Part shown: in pieces, positions 37,916-49,461 of the stretch
How the letters are laid out: each line of letters opens with the position of its first letter
Position numbering within the stretch: position 1 is the first letter of the stretch
The notes under the pieces: model-generated
Database searches by the model: none
Told to the model about the DNA's origin: nothing
Seen by the model: the letters and a program-made list of their open reading frames with translations, nothing else
Translations under genes and position numbers: made by a program
Source: Clostridia bacterium
Lineage (GTDB): Bacteria; Bacillota; Clostridia; Oscillospirales; CAG-272
NCBI GenBank assembly: GCA_017613355.1
Contig: JAGAEA010000047.1
Coordinates: 4,393 to 68,392 of the forward strand
Direction: 5' to 3'
DNA: 64,000 bases

Positions 37916-38419
37916 TCAGTTCCACCCCTCGCGGCACAGAACTTCAAACAGTTCCGCGGAAGCGGTGGACGTGATCAAAATAAATTTCGTGGCGTCCAGA
38001 AACAGGCTGACGGCGTTTTTCGCTTCGGAAAATTTGACCGATTTGACGTCGTCTCTCGTCAGTGACATACGGTGGTCACCTCCGTCGAGAGAGATCAAAG
38101 CGATGCATTTTTCGGTCAGAACGATATATCCGTTCAGCGAACCGCCGCGAATGGCAAAGCGGACGGGATGCCGATAGACGATCGGTTCCCCGATTTCCGC
38201 GATCACCCTTCGGTACGGGGCATCCCCGATCCACAGCATGAACGGGAAAACGACCGACAACGCCAAAGCGACGCCCGCGCCGATCAGCAGCCCCCACGCC
38301 CAGCCGACGTAAAGACCCGTCAGCATACCGACTCCCGCGACCGCGACGCCGATAAATGCGCCGATCATGACCGCCAGCGTGTGCATTCCCCGTATATGAA
38401 AATAACTTGAAAATTTCAT
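37916..38419 (-). CDS. Hypothetical membrane protein with a bacterial PH-like C-terminal domain
   Basis: Two TM spans, then a soluble domain. The start was trimmed to the ATG at 38419 to avoid overlap with rdgB. Confidence 0.5.
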   Translation of the reverse strand: MKFSSYFHIRGMHTLAVMIGAFIGVAVAGVGMLTGLYVGWAWGLLIGAGVALALSVVFPFMLWIGDAPYRRVIAEIGEPIVYRHPVRFAIRGGSLNGYIVLTEKCIALISLDGGDHRMSLTRDDVKSVKFSEAKNAVSLFLDATKFILITSTASAELFEVLCREGWN

Positions 38420-38429
38420 ACGTATTGCG

Positions 38430-39044
38430 TTAATCCTTGTATTCCGCCCGAAGCCGCTCCGCGAACGCACGGATCGCCTTGCCGCGATGGGACACCGCGT
38501 TTTTCTCGGCGGGCGTGACCTCGGCAAGCGTTTTTCCGTAGGGTTCGTAGAAGAACAGCGGGTCATAGCCGAAGCCGCCGTTGCCGTGGTATTCGGTCAG
38601 AATTCTGCCGTGTACCTCGCCGCGAACGGTAAATTCCCGCCCGTCCGGCAAAACGCATCCGATGGCACACACGAACGCGGCTCCTCGCCGCTCGGCGGGT
38701 ACGCCTTCGAGATTTTTGAGCACCAAACGGTTGTTCGCTTCGTCGTCGTGTCCTCCCGCAAAATGCTTGATCGCGGCATAACGCGCCGAATAGATCCCGG
38801 GTTCACCGCCGAGATAATCCACGGTCAGTCCCGAATCGTCGCCCACACCGATATAGCCGGACGCCGCGGCGGCTCGCGCTTTGATGAGCGCGTTTTCCTC
38901 GAACGTGTTGCCGTTTTCCTCGATTTCGCCGCAAATACCGACGTCGTCGAGCGAGAGCACTTCGAGCGCGGGAAAGCTCTCCGCGAGCAGGGTTCTCAAT
39001 TCACCGATCTTTTTTCGATTGCGGGACGCCAGAACGATTTTCAT
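38430..39044 (-). CDS. rdgB: XTP/dITP diphosphatase (RdgB/HAM1)
   Basis: IVLASRNRKKIGE...EENGNTFEENALIKA...DDSGL...GFGYDPLF. Confidence 0.9.
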   Translation of the reverse strand: MKIVLASRNRKKIGELRTLLAESFPALEVLSLDDVGICGEIEENGNTFEENALIKARAAAASGYIGVGDDSGLTVDYLGGEPGIYSARYAAIKHFAGGHDDEANNRLVLKNLEGVPAERRGAAFVCAIGCVLPDGREFTVRGEVHGRILTEYHGNGGFGYDPLFFYEPYGKTLAEVTPAEKNAVSHRGKAIRAFAERLRAEYKD

Positions 39045-39059
39045 TTGATTCCCTCTTTT

Positions 39060-40169
39060 TTAACTTTCAAACAGTGCTTTAACGAATTCTTTTTGGTCGA
39101 ATTCCTGCATATCGTCGATCTTCTCACCGACGCCGATGAACTTGACGGGAATGTTCAGCTCCCGACGGATGGCAAGAACGATGCCGCCCTTTGCCGTTCC
39201 GTCCATTTTGTTCAAAATCAAGCCCGTGAGCGCTGCGGCGTTGCGGAATTCCTTGGCTTGCAGAATGGCGTTCTGCCCCGTTGTGGCGTCCAGAACGAGC
39301 AAATTCTCGCGCGAGGCGTCGGGCAGTTCCCGATCAATGATGCGATTGATCTTTGCAAGTTCGTTCATCAGGTTGGTTTTGTTATGCAACCGTCCCGCCG
39401 TGTCGATCATGAGCACGTCGGCGTTTTGATTTTTCGCCGCGTGGCACGCATCGAACACGACAGCCCCCGGGTCACTCCCTTCGTTCTGCCGCACGAGCGT
39501 CACCTTGGCGCGCTCGCACCAAACGGCAAGTTGGTCGATCGCCGCCGCGCGGAAGGTGTCCGCCGCCGCCACAATGACCTTTTTCCCCTCCTTGCGGAGC
39601 TGATTGGAAATTTTGCCGATCGCCGTGGTTTTGCCGACGCCGTTAACGCCGATGGCGAGAATGACCGACGGTTTGGTCTCCAATTTCAACGGTTCTCCTT
39701 CACCGATCATCTCTTCGAGAATTTCGCGCAAAGTCGCCGTGATCTGCTCTTTTTCTTTCAACCGTCCGTCGCGGATGCGCTCGCGCAGTTCCTCGATGAT
39801 CTGCTCGGTCGCGTTCACACCGACGTCCGCCGTGATAAGCAATTCTTCCAGCTCTTCAAGGAGATCCTCGTCGATATGGTGGAACCGTTTGAGCAGGTCG
39901 TCGATGCCGCCGAAAATCGCGTTTTTGGTCTTTGCGAGCCCTTCTCTGACGCGGTTCCAAAAGGATTTTTTCTCTTTTTTGCGCGTTTCTTCGGTCTCGG
40001 TCGGTTCGTTCGTCCCGTTCTCGGGCTGCTCCGCGGGTTCGGCAGAAAGTTCCGCTTGGGTCGGCGCTTCGGTTTCCGCTTCTTCCGAAACGGTCACGTT
40101 TTCCGCAACCGCTTCGACGGTCTCCTCTTTTTCCTTTTTCTTTCCGAACAGCTTACCCAAAAATGCCAT
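39060..40169 (-). CDS. ftsY: Signal recognition particle receptor FtsY
   Basis: Acidic N-terminus, then [18 protein letters not shown] and [10 protein letters not shown]. Confidence 0.92.
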   Translation of the reverse strand: MAFLGKLFGKKKEKEETVEAVAENVTVSEEAETEAPTQAELSAEPAEQPENGTNEPTETEETRKKEKKSFWNRVREGLAKTKNAIFGGIDDLLKRFHHIDEDLLEELEELLITADVGVNATEQIIEELRERIRDGRLKEKEQITATLREILEEMIGEGEPLKLETKPSVILAIGVNGVGKTTAIGKISNQLRKEGKKVIVAAADTFRAAAIDQLAVWCERAKVTLVRQNEGSDPGAVVFDACHAAKNQNADVLMIDTAGRLHNKTNLMNELAKINRIIDRELPDASRENLLVLDATTGQNAILQAKEFRNAAALTGLILNKMDGTAKGGIVLAIRRELNIPVKFIGVGEKIDDMQEFDQKEFVKALFES

Positions 40170-43100
40170 CCCATTCTTCTCCGTTTTTCTTGGAAATATC
40201 GTTGATATTGAGCATGAGCACCTTGGAAATGCCGTGCTCGGGCATGGTGACGCCATAGAGACGGTCCGCCGCCGCCATGGTGCCGCGGCGGTGCGTGATC
40301 ATGATGAACTGCGTTCCGTGCGAATACCGCTTGATGTACTGTGCCAACCGCTCCACGTTGACTTCGTCGAGCGCCGCCTCGATTTCATCGAGAATGCAAA
40401 ACGGCGTGGGATTGACTTGCAGAATGGCAAAGAAGAGCGCAACGCCGATGAACGCCTGTTCGCCGCCCGAAAGCTGCATGAGGCTCTTGATGATTTTTCC
40501 GGGAGGCGCGGCTTTGATCTCGATGCCGCTTTCCAACACGTTTTCGGGGTCGGTGAGCGAAAGCTCCGCCGATCCGCCGCCGAACAACTCCGCGAACACC
40601 TTCCCGAAATTCTCGTTGATTTTGTTGAAGGAGTCCACAAACGAGGTTTTCATTTCGGTTTCAAGCTGTTTGATGATTTCAAGCAGATCCTTGCGCGAAT
40701 TTTCCAAGTCGGTGATTTGCGCGTTCATCGCGTCGTAACGCGCGCGCACCTCGGCATATTTATTCACCGCGTCGAGATCGACGTTTCCGATCGCGCGCAG
40801 CTTATTCTTGCATTCGGTCTGCAACGCCAACATTTCGGAGCGGGTCTCCTTGGTCAGGGGCGGATATCCGAGCGCGACCGCGTCGGTACGGGTCATTTCG
40901 TATTCGTCCCAAAGGCGTGTGGAAAGTTTATCCTGCGATTCGCGCAGATTGATGAGTTTGTTCTCGCAAGTGGTATAATCGCGGAAAACAAGCTCTTTAT
41001 GGTTCATGCGCTCACGCAAACGGTTGTTCAGATCGTTGAGTTTCTTCTCGAAAGCGAGGTTTCCCTCTTCGACCGTACTGCGCTTGGCGTTGAGTTCTTC
41101 CAAAAGGGCGCTTGCCGAACGGTGCGCCGCGCGGTTTGCTTCGATTTCGGCGGTCTTTGCGGCAATCTGCTCGTTGCGCATACGGATCCGCTCGGAATAC
41201 TCGGTCAGCTCCTCGTGCAGGGCGGCAATGCGCGCTTCGCTGCTCTCTTTGAGCGTGGTCTCGGTTTCAATGTCTTTCTGCGTTTCGCTGATCTTGATAT
41301 ACAACTCGGTGAGCGCGCGACCGAGTTCGTCTTTTTTCAAAACCGTTTCCCCGTGTTCCGCCGATTTTTCGGCGCGGAAATCGGTTAATTCCCGAATGCG
41401 TATCCGCAGTTCCTTCTCCTCGGCGGAAAGACGCGCAAGATCCTCCTCGTAGCGCGTTTGTGCCTCTTCGAGTTCCTTGGTGTCCTCGCGGAGTTTTTCG
41501 AGCAGGGTGTTGTTGGCGTCGAGCTTGGCGCGGAGCTGTTCGAGCCCTGCCGCTTCGGTCGCGCGCAGAACGCCGATCAGATCCTTGCGATCCTCGGCGG
41601 AAGTTTTGACCCCTTCCGCTTCTTCAAGCCGCTCTGCAAGCGCCTTGGCTTCTTTTTCACGCTTTTCCGCAACGGCGTTCAGCTCTTTGAGTTCCTCTTC
41701 CAGTCGCTTGATCTCGCCCGCGCGGGACAGCACGCCGCTTCCCGTTTTCACGGAGCCGCCCGTAAACGAGCCGCCGACGTTGATCTGCTGACCGTCTACC
41801 GTGACGACGCGGACACGGTATCCCGACGCTTTCGCCATGACGTTGGCATGGTCGATGTTGTCGAACACGACCGTTCTGCCGAGAAGCGAGGACAGCACAT
41901 TGCGGAATTTTTCATCGGTTTTCACCAATGCGTCCGCAATGCCGACGTAGCCCGCATAGCCCGCCGCGTCGGTCATTTCTTTTGTGGGAGTGGAGGGCTT
42001 CATGGACGTAAGCGGGAAGAAGGTCGCCCGTCCCGCTTCACCGCGTTTGAGCGCGAACATGGCAGCTTTCGCCGTTGCTTCGTCCTCCACCACGATATTC
42101 TGCAAATTCACACCGAGCGCGATCTCAATGGCGGTCACATATTTGTCCTCCACCGAAATCACCTTGGAGAGCGGACCGTAAATTTTCCCGCAGGGCGCGC
42201 CCGTGCGGTCGGTGATCTCACCCGCCTCATATCGGTTCATCACAAAGCGAACGGCGTTGGAATAGCCCTCGAAATGCTCGTCCATGGCTTTCATGGTGGC
42301 AATTCTCTGCGCCACGGAATCGCGGCGGAAGCGGGCGCTGTTGCTCTCGGCGTTCGCCGCCTGCAACTGCTCCGCCATGGCTTCGATCTTCTTTTCGTTC
42401 TCGGTAATTTCGGCGTCGATTGACGCGATCTCCGCATCGTATCCCGCGACCGTCCGCTCCTTGACGGCGCATTGCTCGCCGAGTTTTTCGGACGTTTCCC
42501 GGTAGCTCTGCAATTCCTGCAAAGCCGAAGAGTTTTTGCCCGTGTCGGTCTCTTTCGCGTTTTCCAGCACCGAGATCCGGACTTTGACGTCCATCTCTTC
42601 GGCTTCCACGTTGCGAATGTCGACGAGCGCCTGCGCAACGGCGTCCGCAAGCTTGGTTTCCTTTTCGGAAAGTTCGGTTTGCTCCGCCGTCAGCTCATCC
42701 TGCTTTTTTTCAAGGTTGGAAATGACGTTTTCGAGTTCTCCGATCTTTTTCGCGTGCTCCGCGCAGGTCGCCTGCTCCGCTTGCATGGACTTCTCCACGC
42801 CCGCGACCGATCCCTGTGTGGCGGCGATCAGATCCTTTGCGTGCGTAATGGTGTTTTCCGCAACGCTTTGCGCGTTTTCGAGCCGGTGGCATTCCTCGGT
42901 TTTTTCGCGAATCTGTGTGAGCAGCTGCTCGGACTCGAGCTTACTGCTTTGCGACGCTTCAAACAGTTTTTCGTTCTGCGCTTCGAGCGTTTTGATGCTT
43001 TCCTCGGCGTTGTCCAGATCGAATTTGGAATGGCGGAAGGCTTCCTCCGCCGCTTCCAGCTCCCCATGGAGCTTTTCGGTGTCGTAGAGCCAGAGTGTGA

Positions 43101-43824
43101 CGTCGGCGCGCTTTTTGTTCTCCATGAGTTCCATGGCGCGTTTCGCCTTTCCCGCCTCTTTTTCAAGCGGTCCCACCTGCGCAGAGACTTCGGCAAAAAT
43201 ATCGTTCACGCGCGCCATGTTGTCCTCTGTCGCGGCGAGTTTCCGCTCCGCTTCGTCCTTGCGATGGCGGTATTTCGCGATCCCCGAGGCGTCCTCGAAC
43301 ACGCTTCTCCGTTCCTCGCTCTTGCGCGAGACCATTTCCGCGATCTTTCCCTGACCGATAATGGAATAACCGTCGCGCCCGATACCCGTATTCATAAACA
43401 GCTCGTAAATGTCCTTCAAGCGCACCGCTTTGCGGTTGATGAAGTATTCACTGTCCCCCGCGCGATAATAGCGACGGGTGACGGTGACTTCATCATAAGG
43501 ACAATCGAGCTTGGCAAAATCGTCTTTGTTGTCGAACGTGACCGACACTTCCGCATATCCCATGGGGCGGCGGCTGTCCGCACCGCCGAAAATGACATCC
43601 TCCATCTTGCTTCCGCGCAGGCTCTTGGACGAAATTTCACCCAAAACCCAACGCATTGCGTCCGCGATGTTGGATTTTCCCGAACCGTTCGGACCCACGA
43701 TCACGGTAACACCCTTTGTGGGGCTTTCGACGTTTACGGAAACGTCGACGCCTCTGTCAAAGAGCAACTTCGTTTTATCGGGAAAGGACTTGAAGCCCTG
43801 CATTTCAAGTGATTTCAAATACAC
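40153..43824 (-). CDS. smc: Chromosome segregation protein SMC
   Basis: IVGPNGSGKSN, long coiled coils, a hinge, LSGGEQA and ILDEIEAALD. GTG start. Confidence 0.95.
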   Translation of the reverse strand: MYLKSLEMQGFKSFPDKTKLLFDRGVDVSVNVESPTKGVTVIVGPNGSGKSNIADAMRWVLGEISSKSLRGSKMEDVIFGGADSRRPMGYAEVSVTFDNKDDFAKLDCPYDEVTVTRRYYRAGDSEYFINRKAVRLKDIYELFMNTGIGRDGYSIIGQGKIAEMVSRKSEERRSVFEDASGIAKYRHRKDEAERKLAATEDNMARVNDIFAEVSAQVGPLEKEAGKAKRAMELMENKKRADVTLWLYDTEKLHGELEAAEEAFRHSKFDLDNAEESIKTLEAQNEKLFEASQSSKLESEQLLTQIREKTEECHRLENAQSVAENTITHAKDLIAATQGSVAGVEKSMQAEQATCAEHAKKIGELENVISNLEKKQDELTAEQTELSEKETKLADAVAQALVDIRNVEAEEMDVKVRISVLENAKETDTGKNSSALQELQSYRETSEKLGEQCAVKERTVAGYDAEIASIDAEITENEKKIEAMAEQLQAANAESNSARFRRDSVAQRIATMKAMDEHFEGYSNAVRFVMNRYEAGEITDRTGAPCGKIYGPLSKVISVEDKYVTAIEIALGVNLQNIVVEDEATAKAAMFALKRGEAGRATFFPLTSMKPSTPTKEMTDAAGYAGYVGIADALVKTDEKFRNVLSSLLGRTVVFDNIDHANVMAKASGYRVRVVTVDGQQINVGGSFTGGSVKTGSGVLSRAGEIKRLEEELKELNAVAEKREKEAKALAERLEEAEGVKTSAEDRKDLIGVLRATEAAGLEQLRAKLDANNTLLEKLREDTKELEEAQTRYEEDLARLSAEEKELRIRIRELTDFRAEKSAEHGETVLKKDELGRALTELYIKISETQKDIETETTLKESSEARIAALHEELTEYSERIRMRNEQIAAKTAEIEANRAAHRSASALLEELNAKRSTVEEGNLAFEKKLNDLNNRLRERMNHKELVFRDYTTCENKLINLRESQDKLSTRLWDEYEMTRTDAVALGYPPLTKETRSEMLALQTECKNKLRAIGNVDLDAVNKYAEVRARYDAMNAQITDLENSRKDLLEIIKQLETEMKTSFVDSFNKINENFGKVFAELFGGGSAELSLTDPENVLESGIEIKAAPPGKIIKSLMQLSGGEQAFIGVALFFAILQVNPTPFCILDEIEAALDEVNVERLAQYIKRYSHGTQFIMITHRRGTMAAADRLYGVTMPEHGISKVLMLNINDISKKNGEEWDGIFG

Positions 43825-43857
43825 GGTCGTTATTTCCTCCGTTCGTTATGTGGATCG

Positions 43858-44580
43858 TCAATGGTCAATGCCGAAAAGTTCGAGCGCGGCGGCGGCGGCT
43901 TCCTGCTCCGCCTGCTGTACCGTAGTTCCTTTTCCCCGCCCGATACAGTTGGACGCGAGGTAAAGTTCCACTTCAAATGTTTTCGCGTGGTCGGGTCCGC
44001 TTTCCCGCACCTTGCGGTATTCCAGATCGGTCAGCAGTTCCTCATGCGCGTCCTGTTGGATGAATTTATAAAGCAGGGATTTATTATCCAGCAAAGCTCT
44101 CCCGTCCTGCTCGTCCACCGCGCGGACGAGGAACGGAAGCAGAAACTCGGAAACGCGCGCGAGCGCGTCCCCTTCCGCGTCCAGATACACGGCGGCAAGG
44201 ATCGCTTCGAACGCATCCGCGAGAATGGCGGGCTTTTGCGCCCCCCCGCACTTGCTTTCCCCTTTTCCGAGCAGGAGAAATTCCCCCAGTCCAAACTGCT
44301 GTGCATAGCCGCAGAGCGCCCCCTCGCAAACGATGCGCGAACGCAGTTGCGAAAGCTCGCCTTCTTTATAGTCGGGGAAACGGGAAAACAGATAGCGGCT
44401 CGCGATGATGGAAAGTACCGAATCGCCGAGAAACTCCAACCGCTCGTTACAGCGCAGATGATGATTGTGCGCGCCCGTTTCGTTGGCATAGGACGAGTGG
44501 GTGACGGCTCGTTCCAAATAACGCTCGTTACGGAACGTATATCCGATGCGTTTCTGCAATTCACCAAGCGGTTGCGGCAT
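43858..44580 (-). CDS. rnc: Ribonuclease III
   Basis: NERLEFLGDSVL, with a dsRBD at the C-terminus. Confidence 0.93.
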   Translation of the reverse strand: MPQPLGELQKRIGYTFRNERYLERAVTHSSYANETGAHNHHLRCNERLEFLGDSVLSIIASRYLFSRFPDYKEGELSQLRSRIVCEGALCGYAQQFGLGEFLLLGKGESKCGGAQKPAILADAFEAILAAVYLDAEGDALARVSEFLLPFLVRAVDEQDGRALLDNKSLLYKFIQQDAHEELLTDLEYRKVRESGPDHAKTFEVELYLASNCIGRGKGTTVQQAEQEAAAAALELFGIDH

Positions 44581-44601
44581 GGCAATTCTCCTTTCCGAAA
44601 A

Positions 44602-45696
44602 TCAGTTTTGCGGGGTCTCTTCTGTTTGAATGTCCGTATTCCGCGGGACTTCGACGGCTTCCGAATGTTCCCGCTTCCATTGGTCGTGTTCTTCTTTTTT
44701 TCTCGCCGCGAACACCTGCGCGCTTGCGGCAAGATCGTAGATCACACCCGAATCGGCGTAGGCGATCGCCTGCCGGATCGCGTTCTTGAACGCAATCGCG
44801 TCACTAGACCCGTGCGCTTTGACAACGGGTTTGGAAATGCCGAGAATGGGCGCGCCGCCGTGCTCCTTCGGGTCAAGGTCTTTTTTCATCGCGGTAAGCG
44901 GTTTTTTCATGGTCAGCGCGGCGATTTTAGTTGCCGTACTGCTGTATAGCACGTCTTTGAGTTTGAGAAGCAAATACTTCCCGAGCCCCTCGATCGCTTT
45001 GAGAAAGATGTTTCCCGTAAATCCGTCTGCTACCAGCACGTCGCATCCGCCCACCACGGCGGTATTCGCCTCAACGTTGCCGACGAAATTGACGTCGGGA
45101 TTGCTTCCGAGCAATTGATAGGCTTTCTGTTGCAATTCGGTGCCTTTGCAGGATTCGCTTCCGTTATTGAGCAAGCCGACGCGCGGCTCCGCAATTCCGT
45201 ACATTTTCCGCATATAGGCGCTTCCCATGGAACCGAACTGTTCGAGGTTCTCCTCGGTCACGGTCACGTTCGCGCCCGTGTCGAGTAGCAGCGTTGGGGT
45301 TTGGAGCGGGATGACCGTGCCGATCCCCGCCCGCGTGACGCCTTTGATTTTGCGCACGATGAGCGTAGCGCCCGTGAAAAGCGCGCCCGTGTTCCCCGTG
45401 CTGACAAACGCGTCCCCTTCGCCCTCGGCGAGCAATCGAAGTCCCGTTGCCATGGAAGAATCGCTCTTGGAACGAACCACGCAAAGCGGATCGTCCTCCA
45501 TGGTAATCACGGTTTCGGTATGCACAATGTCGAACCGACGGATGTCGAGCGCGTTTTCCTCGGCGACCCGCTCGATCTCCGCACGGTCACCGACGAGAAT
45601 ATATGTTGCATTGTATTCGCGGGCGGCAAGGCAAACACCCTTGACGGTTTCGTCGGGTGCTTTGTCTCCGCCCATCACATCCACAATGATCCTCAT
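44602..45696 (-). CDS. plsX: Phosphate acyltransferase PlsX
   Basis: IVDVMGGD...GNTGA...HGSS. Confidence 0.93.
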   Translation of the reverse strand: MRIIVDVMGGDKAPDETVKGVCLAAREYNATYILVGDRAEIERVAEENALDIRRFDIVHTETVITMEDDPLCVVRSKSDSSMATGLRLLAEGEGDAFVSTGNTGALFTGATLIVRKIKGVTRAGIGTVIPLQTPTLLLDTGANVTVTEENLEQFGSMGSAYMRKMYGIAEPRVGLLNNGSESCKGTELQQKAYQLLGSNPDVNFVGNVEANTAVVGGCDVLVADGFTGNIFLKAIEGLGKYLLLKLKDVLYSSTATKIAALTMKKPLTAMKKDLDPKEHGGAPILGISKPVVKAHGSSDAIAFKNAIRQAIAYADSGVIYDLAASAQVFAARKKEEHDQWKREHSEAVEVPRNTDIQTEETPQN

Positions 45697-45730
45697 GTTC
45701 CTCCGTATGACGGCTTACGCCGACTCCTTT

Positions 45731-47050
45731 TCAGATTTCGATCGTTGAAACAACGTCCAGCGACCGCTCCGCGAGGCGTTCGTTCCGCGCGGATTTGCCG
45801 CCCTTGACGCGCACGTCAAGCGGTTTGATGATGCCGAAATTGGCGTTCATGGGGACAAATTCCCCAACGCCTCCACGACTGACGTACGCCGCCATGGCGC
45901 CGAGCATGATCTCCTCGGGAAACACGAACGCTTCCGCTCCCTCGGCGCGCCTTGCGGCGTTGATACCCGCCACAAACCCGCTTCCCGCGCTTTCCACGTA
46001 GCCTTCCACTCCGGTCATTTGTCCCGCGAAAAACACGTCGGGTCTCGTTTTCACGGCATAGGTCGGCGCAAGGACTCCCGGGGATTGGAGATAGGTGTTG
46101 CGGTGCATAACGCCGTACCGCAGAAATTCCGCGTTTTCAAGTCCCGGAATGAGACGGAACACGCGCCGTTGCTCGGGAAACGTCAGGTGCGTTTGGAACC
46201 CGACAAGGTTGAACATGGTTCCCTCTTCGTTTTCCCGCCGCAGCTGCACCACGGCATAGGCTTCCTTTCCCGTTCGGGGATCGGTCAACCCGACGGGCTT
46301 CATGGGCCCGAAGCGAAGGGTATCTCTCCCCCGCTTCGCCATGACCTCCACGGGCATACACCCTTCAAACACTTTCAGGTCCTTTTGCGACTCTTTGTCA
46401 AAATCTTTGAGCTGTGCTTCTTCCGCCCCGATCAGCGCTTCGTAAAATGCGTCGTACTGTTCGCGCTTCATAGGGCAGTTGAGATAGTCCGCATCGCCTT
46501 TGTTATAACGGGAAGCAAAATAGGCGACGTTCATATCCACCGTGGCAAAATCCACGATGGGCGCGGCGGCATCGAAGAAATGCAGACCCGCGCAGCCGAG
46601 CTCATTTGCAATATAATCCGCCATCGCGTCGCTCGTGAGCGGTCCCGTGGCAATCACGCTGACTTCGTCCTCCGCGATGCGATCGGCTTCCCGCTCTTCC
46701 ACCGCGATCAACGGACAGGAGCGGATCCGTTCCGTGATAAAATCGGAAAACCGTTCCCGATCCACGGCGAGCGCCGACCCCGCGGCGACCCGCGTGGCAT
46801 CCGCCGCTTCCATGACGAGTGACCCGAGCCTCCGCATCTCCTCTTTGAGAAGCCCCACGGCATTGGTTACGCTATCCGATCGCAGAGAATTGGAGCAGAC
46901 CAACTCGGCAAATCCGTTCGGACGGTGATGGGCGGGCGTCGTCTTTTTCGGCTTCATTTCCACAAGCCGAACGGGAACTCCCCGCTTCGCCGCCTGCCAC
47001 GCCGCCTCGCAACCCGCAAGTCCCGCTCCGTAAACGGTTAGTTTTTTCAT
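45731..47050 (-). CDS. trmFO: FADH2-dependent tRNA (uracil-5)-methyltransferase TrmFO
   Basis: [14 protein letters not shown]...[15 protein letters not shown]. Confidence 0.93.
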   Translation of the reverse strand: MKKLTVYGAGLAGCEAAWQAAKRGVPVRLVEMKPKKTTPAHHRPNGFAELVCSNSLRSDSVTNAVGLLKEEMRRLGSLVMEAADATRVAAGSALAVDRERFSDFITERIRSCPLIAVEEREADRIAEDEVSVIATGPLTSDAMADYIANELGCAGLHFFDAAAPIVDFATVDMNVAYFASRYNKGDADYLNCPMKREQYDAFYEALIGAEEAQLKDFDKESQKDLKVFEGCMPVEVMAKRGRDTLRFGPMKPVGLTDPRTGKEAYAVVQLRRENEEGTMFNLVGFQTHLTFPEQRRVFRLIPGLENAEFLRYGVMHRNTYLQSPGVLAPTYAVKTRPDVFFAGQMTGVEGYVESAGSGFVAGINAARRAEGAEAFVFPEEIMLGAMAAYVSRGGVGEFVPMNANFGIIKPLDVRVKGGKSARNERLAERSLDVVSTIEI

Positions 47051-47055
47051 GGAAT

Positions 47056-49362
47056 TCAGACTTCCTGCGCCGTTTCCGCCGCGATCTCGCGGGAATACCC
47101 GCAATCCGCTTCATGGCAGACGAGCAGATTTCTCCCCTTCTTGCGGAAAAGCATTTTCCCGCACTTGGGGCAAAGCTCCTTCGTGGGCATATCCCATGAC
47201 GAAAAATCACATTCGGGATAACGCTCGCAACTGTAAAACACGGTGTGGCTCCTTCCGAATTTGGTGACGATCTTGGCGCCGCATTTGGGGCAGGTCACGC
47301 CCGTATCGCGCATTCTCGCCTTGGTAAACTTACATTCGGGATAGCGGCTGCACGCATAAAAACTGCCGAACTTCCCTGTCCGCAAAATCATATCCGCGCC
47401 GCATTTCTCGCACTTCATGTCCGAAGCGACGGGCGCTTTCTTTTCTTCTTCGGTCTCCCGCTTTTCCTCTTCGTCGCCCGTTCCGTTCGCGGTGAGCGGC
47501 TTGGTGTTGCGGCAGGTGGGATAATTGGGGCACGCGGCAAACTTGCCGAACCGACCGTTCCGCACGATCATGCGGCTTCCGCACTTCTCGCAAATGAGGT
47601 CGGTCTCTTCGGGCGGAACCTCGATGGTGTTCTCGCCGATCTTCTTTTCGGCTTCTTCGAGCTGTTTGGAAAAGCTCTTCCAGAACTTTTCGAGAACGTC
47701 GCCCATCGTGTCCTTTCCGTTTTCGATCTCGTCCAGTTCGTTTTCCATCTCGGCTGTGAATTTATAATCCACGATCGAGGAAAAATTCTCTTTCATGAGT
47801 TTGTTTGTAACTTCTCCGAGCGGTGTGGGGACGAATGCCTTTCCCTCGCGCTTGACATAGTTGCGCGCGAGAATGGTGGAAATGATGGTGGCATAGGTGC
47901 TCGGACGTCCCAGCCCCTGCTCTTCCAGCATTTTGATCAGCGACGCGTCGTTATAGCGGACGGGCGGCTCGGTGAAATGCTTATTGGGCGTCACTTCGTC
48001 CGCACGGAGCTTCTGCCCCTTCGAGATATCGGGCAGACGAATGTTTTTGACCTCGGCGGGATCGTCCGCGTTTGCCGACGTTTCCTCTTCGCTCTCCTCG
48101 TAAACCGCCATATATCCTTGGAAGGTCACGGTATAGCCGCTCGTGCGGAACAAATACCCCTCGCAGGAGAAATCGGCCGTTACGGTATCCAACAGCGCCG
48201 ACTCCATTTGACTTGCGAGAAAACGCTCCCAAATGAGTTTATAGAGCTTATACTGCTCGGCGGAGAGCATTTTGCGGATCTTTTGCGGTTCCAGATCGAT
48301 CCGTGCGGGACGGATCGCCTCGTGCGCGTCCTGTGCGCCCGCCTTGGATTTATAGACGCGGGGCGTTTCGGGGCAGAACTCTTTGCCGTACTTCCCGAGA
48401 ATAAACGTTCTCGCCGCGCTCTGCGCTTCCTCCGAAACACGAAGTGAATCGGTACGCATATAGGTAATGAGACCCTGTGTGCCGCCGAACTCCGCGCCGA
48501 GGTTGATCCCTTCGTAAAGCTCCTGCGCGACCTTCATAATGCGTTGGGATTGGAACCCGAGCTTGCGCGCCGCTTCCTGCTGCATGGTCGAGGTGGTAAA
48601 CGGCGGCGCGGGCAGTTTATGTTTCGCGGCGCGGCGCACCGACGCCACCGAATAGGGTTTTCCGCTCACGGTATTCACGATCTGCTTCGTTGTTGCTTCA
48701 TCGGAAAGACGGATCTTTCCCTTGGCGTCGCCCCAGAAATGCACGGGTACGCGAACGCCGTCATCCGTGCAGAGGGTTGCTTCCACCGTCCAGTATTCTT
48801 CGGGAACGAACGCGCGGATCTCCTCCTCGCGCTCCACGATAATTCTCGTTGCCACCGACTGAACGCGCCCCGCGCTCAACCCGCTCTTGACGTTCTTCCA
48901 AAGCAGGGGGCTCAATTTGTAACCCACGATGCGGTCAAGGATGCGTCGGGTCTGTTGGGAGTTGACGAGGTTCATGTCGATCTGTCTCGGCGCCTTGATG
49001 GCGGCGCGGACGGCGTTTTTCGTGATTTCGTTGAAACAGATGCGATGCGTTTTTTCCACGGGGATATCCAGCGTTGCCGCAAGATGCCACGAAATGGCTT
49101 CTCCTTCGCGGTCGGGGTCGGTCGCAAGATAGATTTTACCCGCGTTTTTGGCTTCCTTCTTGATCTCTTTAATCAGGTCTCCCTTGCCGCGAATGCTGAT
49201 ATAATGCGCCGCAAAGCCGTTTTCGATATCCACGCCGAGCGAACTTTTCGGAAGATCGCGGACGTGCCCGATGGACGCTACCACTTTATAATTGCTCCCA
49301 AGGTATCCTTTGATTGTCAGCGCCTTGGAAGGTGACTCCACAATAACCAGATTATTTGCCAT
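47056..49362 (-). CDS. topA: DNA topoisomerase I
   Basis: [23 protein letters not shown], the catalytic region [10 protein letters not shown], and three C-terminal C4 zinc ribbons. Confidence 0.95.
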   Translation of the reverse strand: MANNLVIVESPSKALTIKGYLGSNYKVVASIGHVRDLPKSSLGVDIENGFAAHYISIRGKGDLIKEIKKEAKNAGKIYLATDPDREGEAISWHLAATLDIPVEKTHRICFNEITKNAVRAAIKAPRQIDMNLVNSQQTRRILDRIVGYKLSPLLWKNVKSGLSAGRVQSVATRIIVEREEEIRAFVPEEYWTVEATLCTDDGVRVPVHFWGDAKGKIRLSDEATTKQIVNTVSGKPYSVASVRRAAKHKLPAPPFTTSTMQQEAARKLGFQSQRIMKVAQELYEGINLGAEFGGTQGLITYMRTDSLRVSEEAQSAARTFILGKYGKEFCPETPRVYKSKAGAQDAHEAIRPARIDLEPQKIRKMLSAEQYKLYKLIWERFLASQMESALLDTVTADFSCEGYLFRTSGYTVTFQGYMAVYEESEEETSANADDPAEVKNIRLPDISKGQKLRADEVTPNKHFTEPPVRYNDASLIKMLEEQGLGRPSTYATIISTILARNYVKREGKAFVPTPLGEVTNKLMKENFSSIVDYKFTAEMENELDEIENGKDTMGDVLEKFWKSFSKQLEEAEKKIGENTIEVPPEETDLICEKCGSRMIVRNGRFGKFAACPNYPTCRNTKPLTANGTGDEEEKRETEEEKKAPVASDMKCEKCGADMILRTGKFGSFYACSRYPECKFTKARMRDTGVTCPKCGAKIVTKFGRSHTVFYSCERYPECDFSSWDMPTKELCPKCGKMLFRKKGRNLLVCHEADCGYSREIAAETAQEV

Positions 49363-49461
49363 TTTAATTCCTTTCTTCTCTTTCCATCTTTTACTGCTTT
49401 TGTTCTTTTATTGCTTTTGTTGTATTTTTACCGATTGATGGGAAAATAAACCCGATCTCTC

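Noticed and set aside
44580-44602. Absence of acpP/fabD/fabG between plsX and rnc
   Set aside because: The gap is only 21 nt, so nothing is hidden there. Gene order varies among Firmicutes and this is probably just lineage-specific synteny.
49388-49421. Tandem repeat as a possible CRISPR or minisatellite array
   Set aside because: There are only two adjacent 17-nt copies with no spacers and no cas genes. I noticed no CRISPR-like array anywhere in the window.
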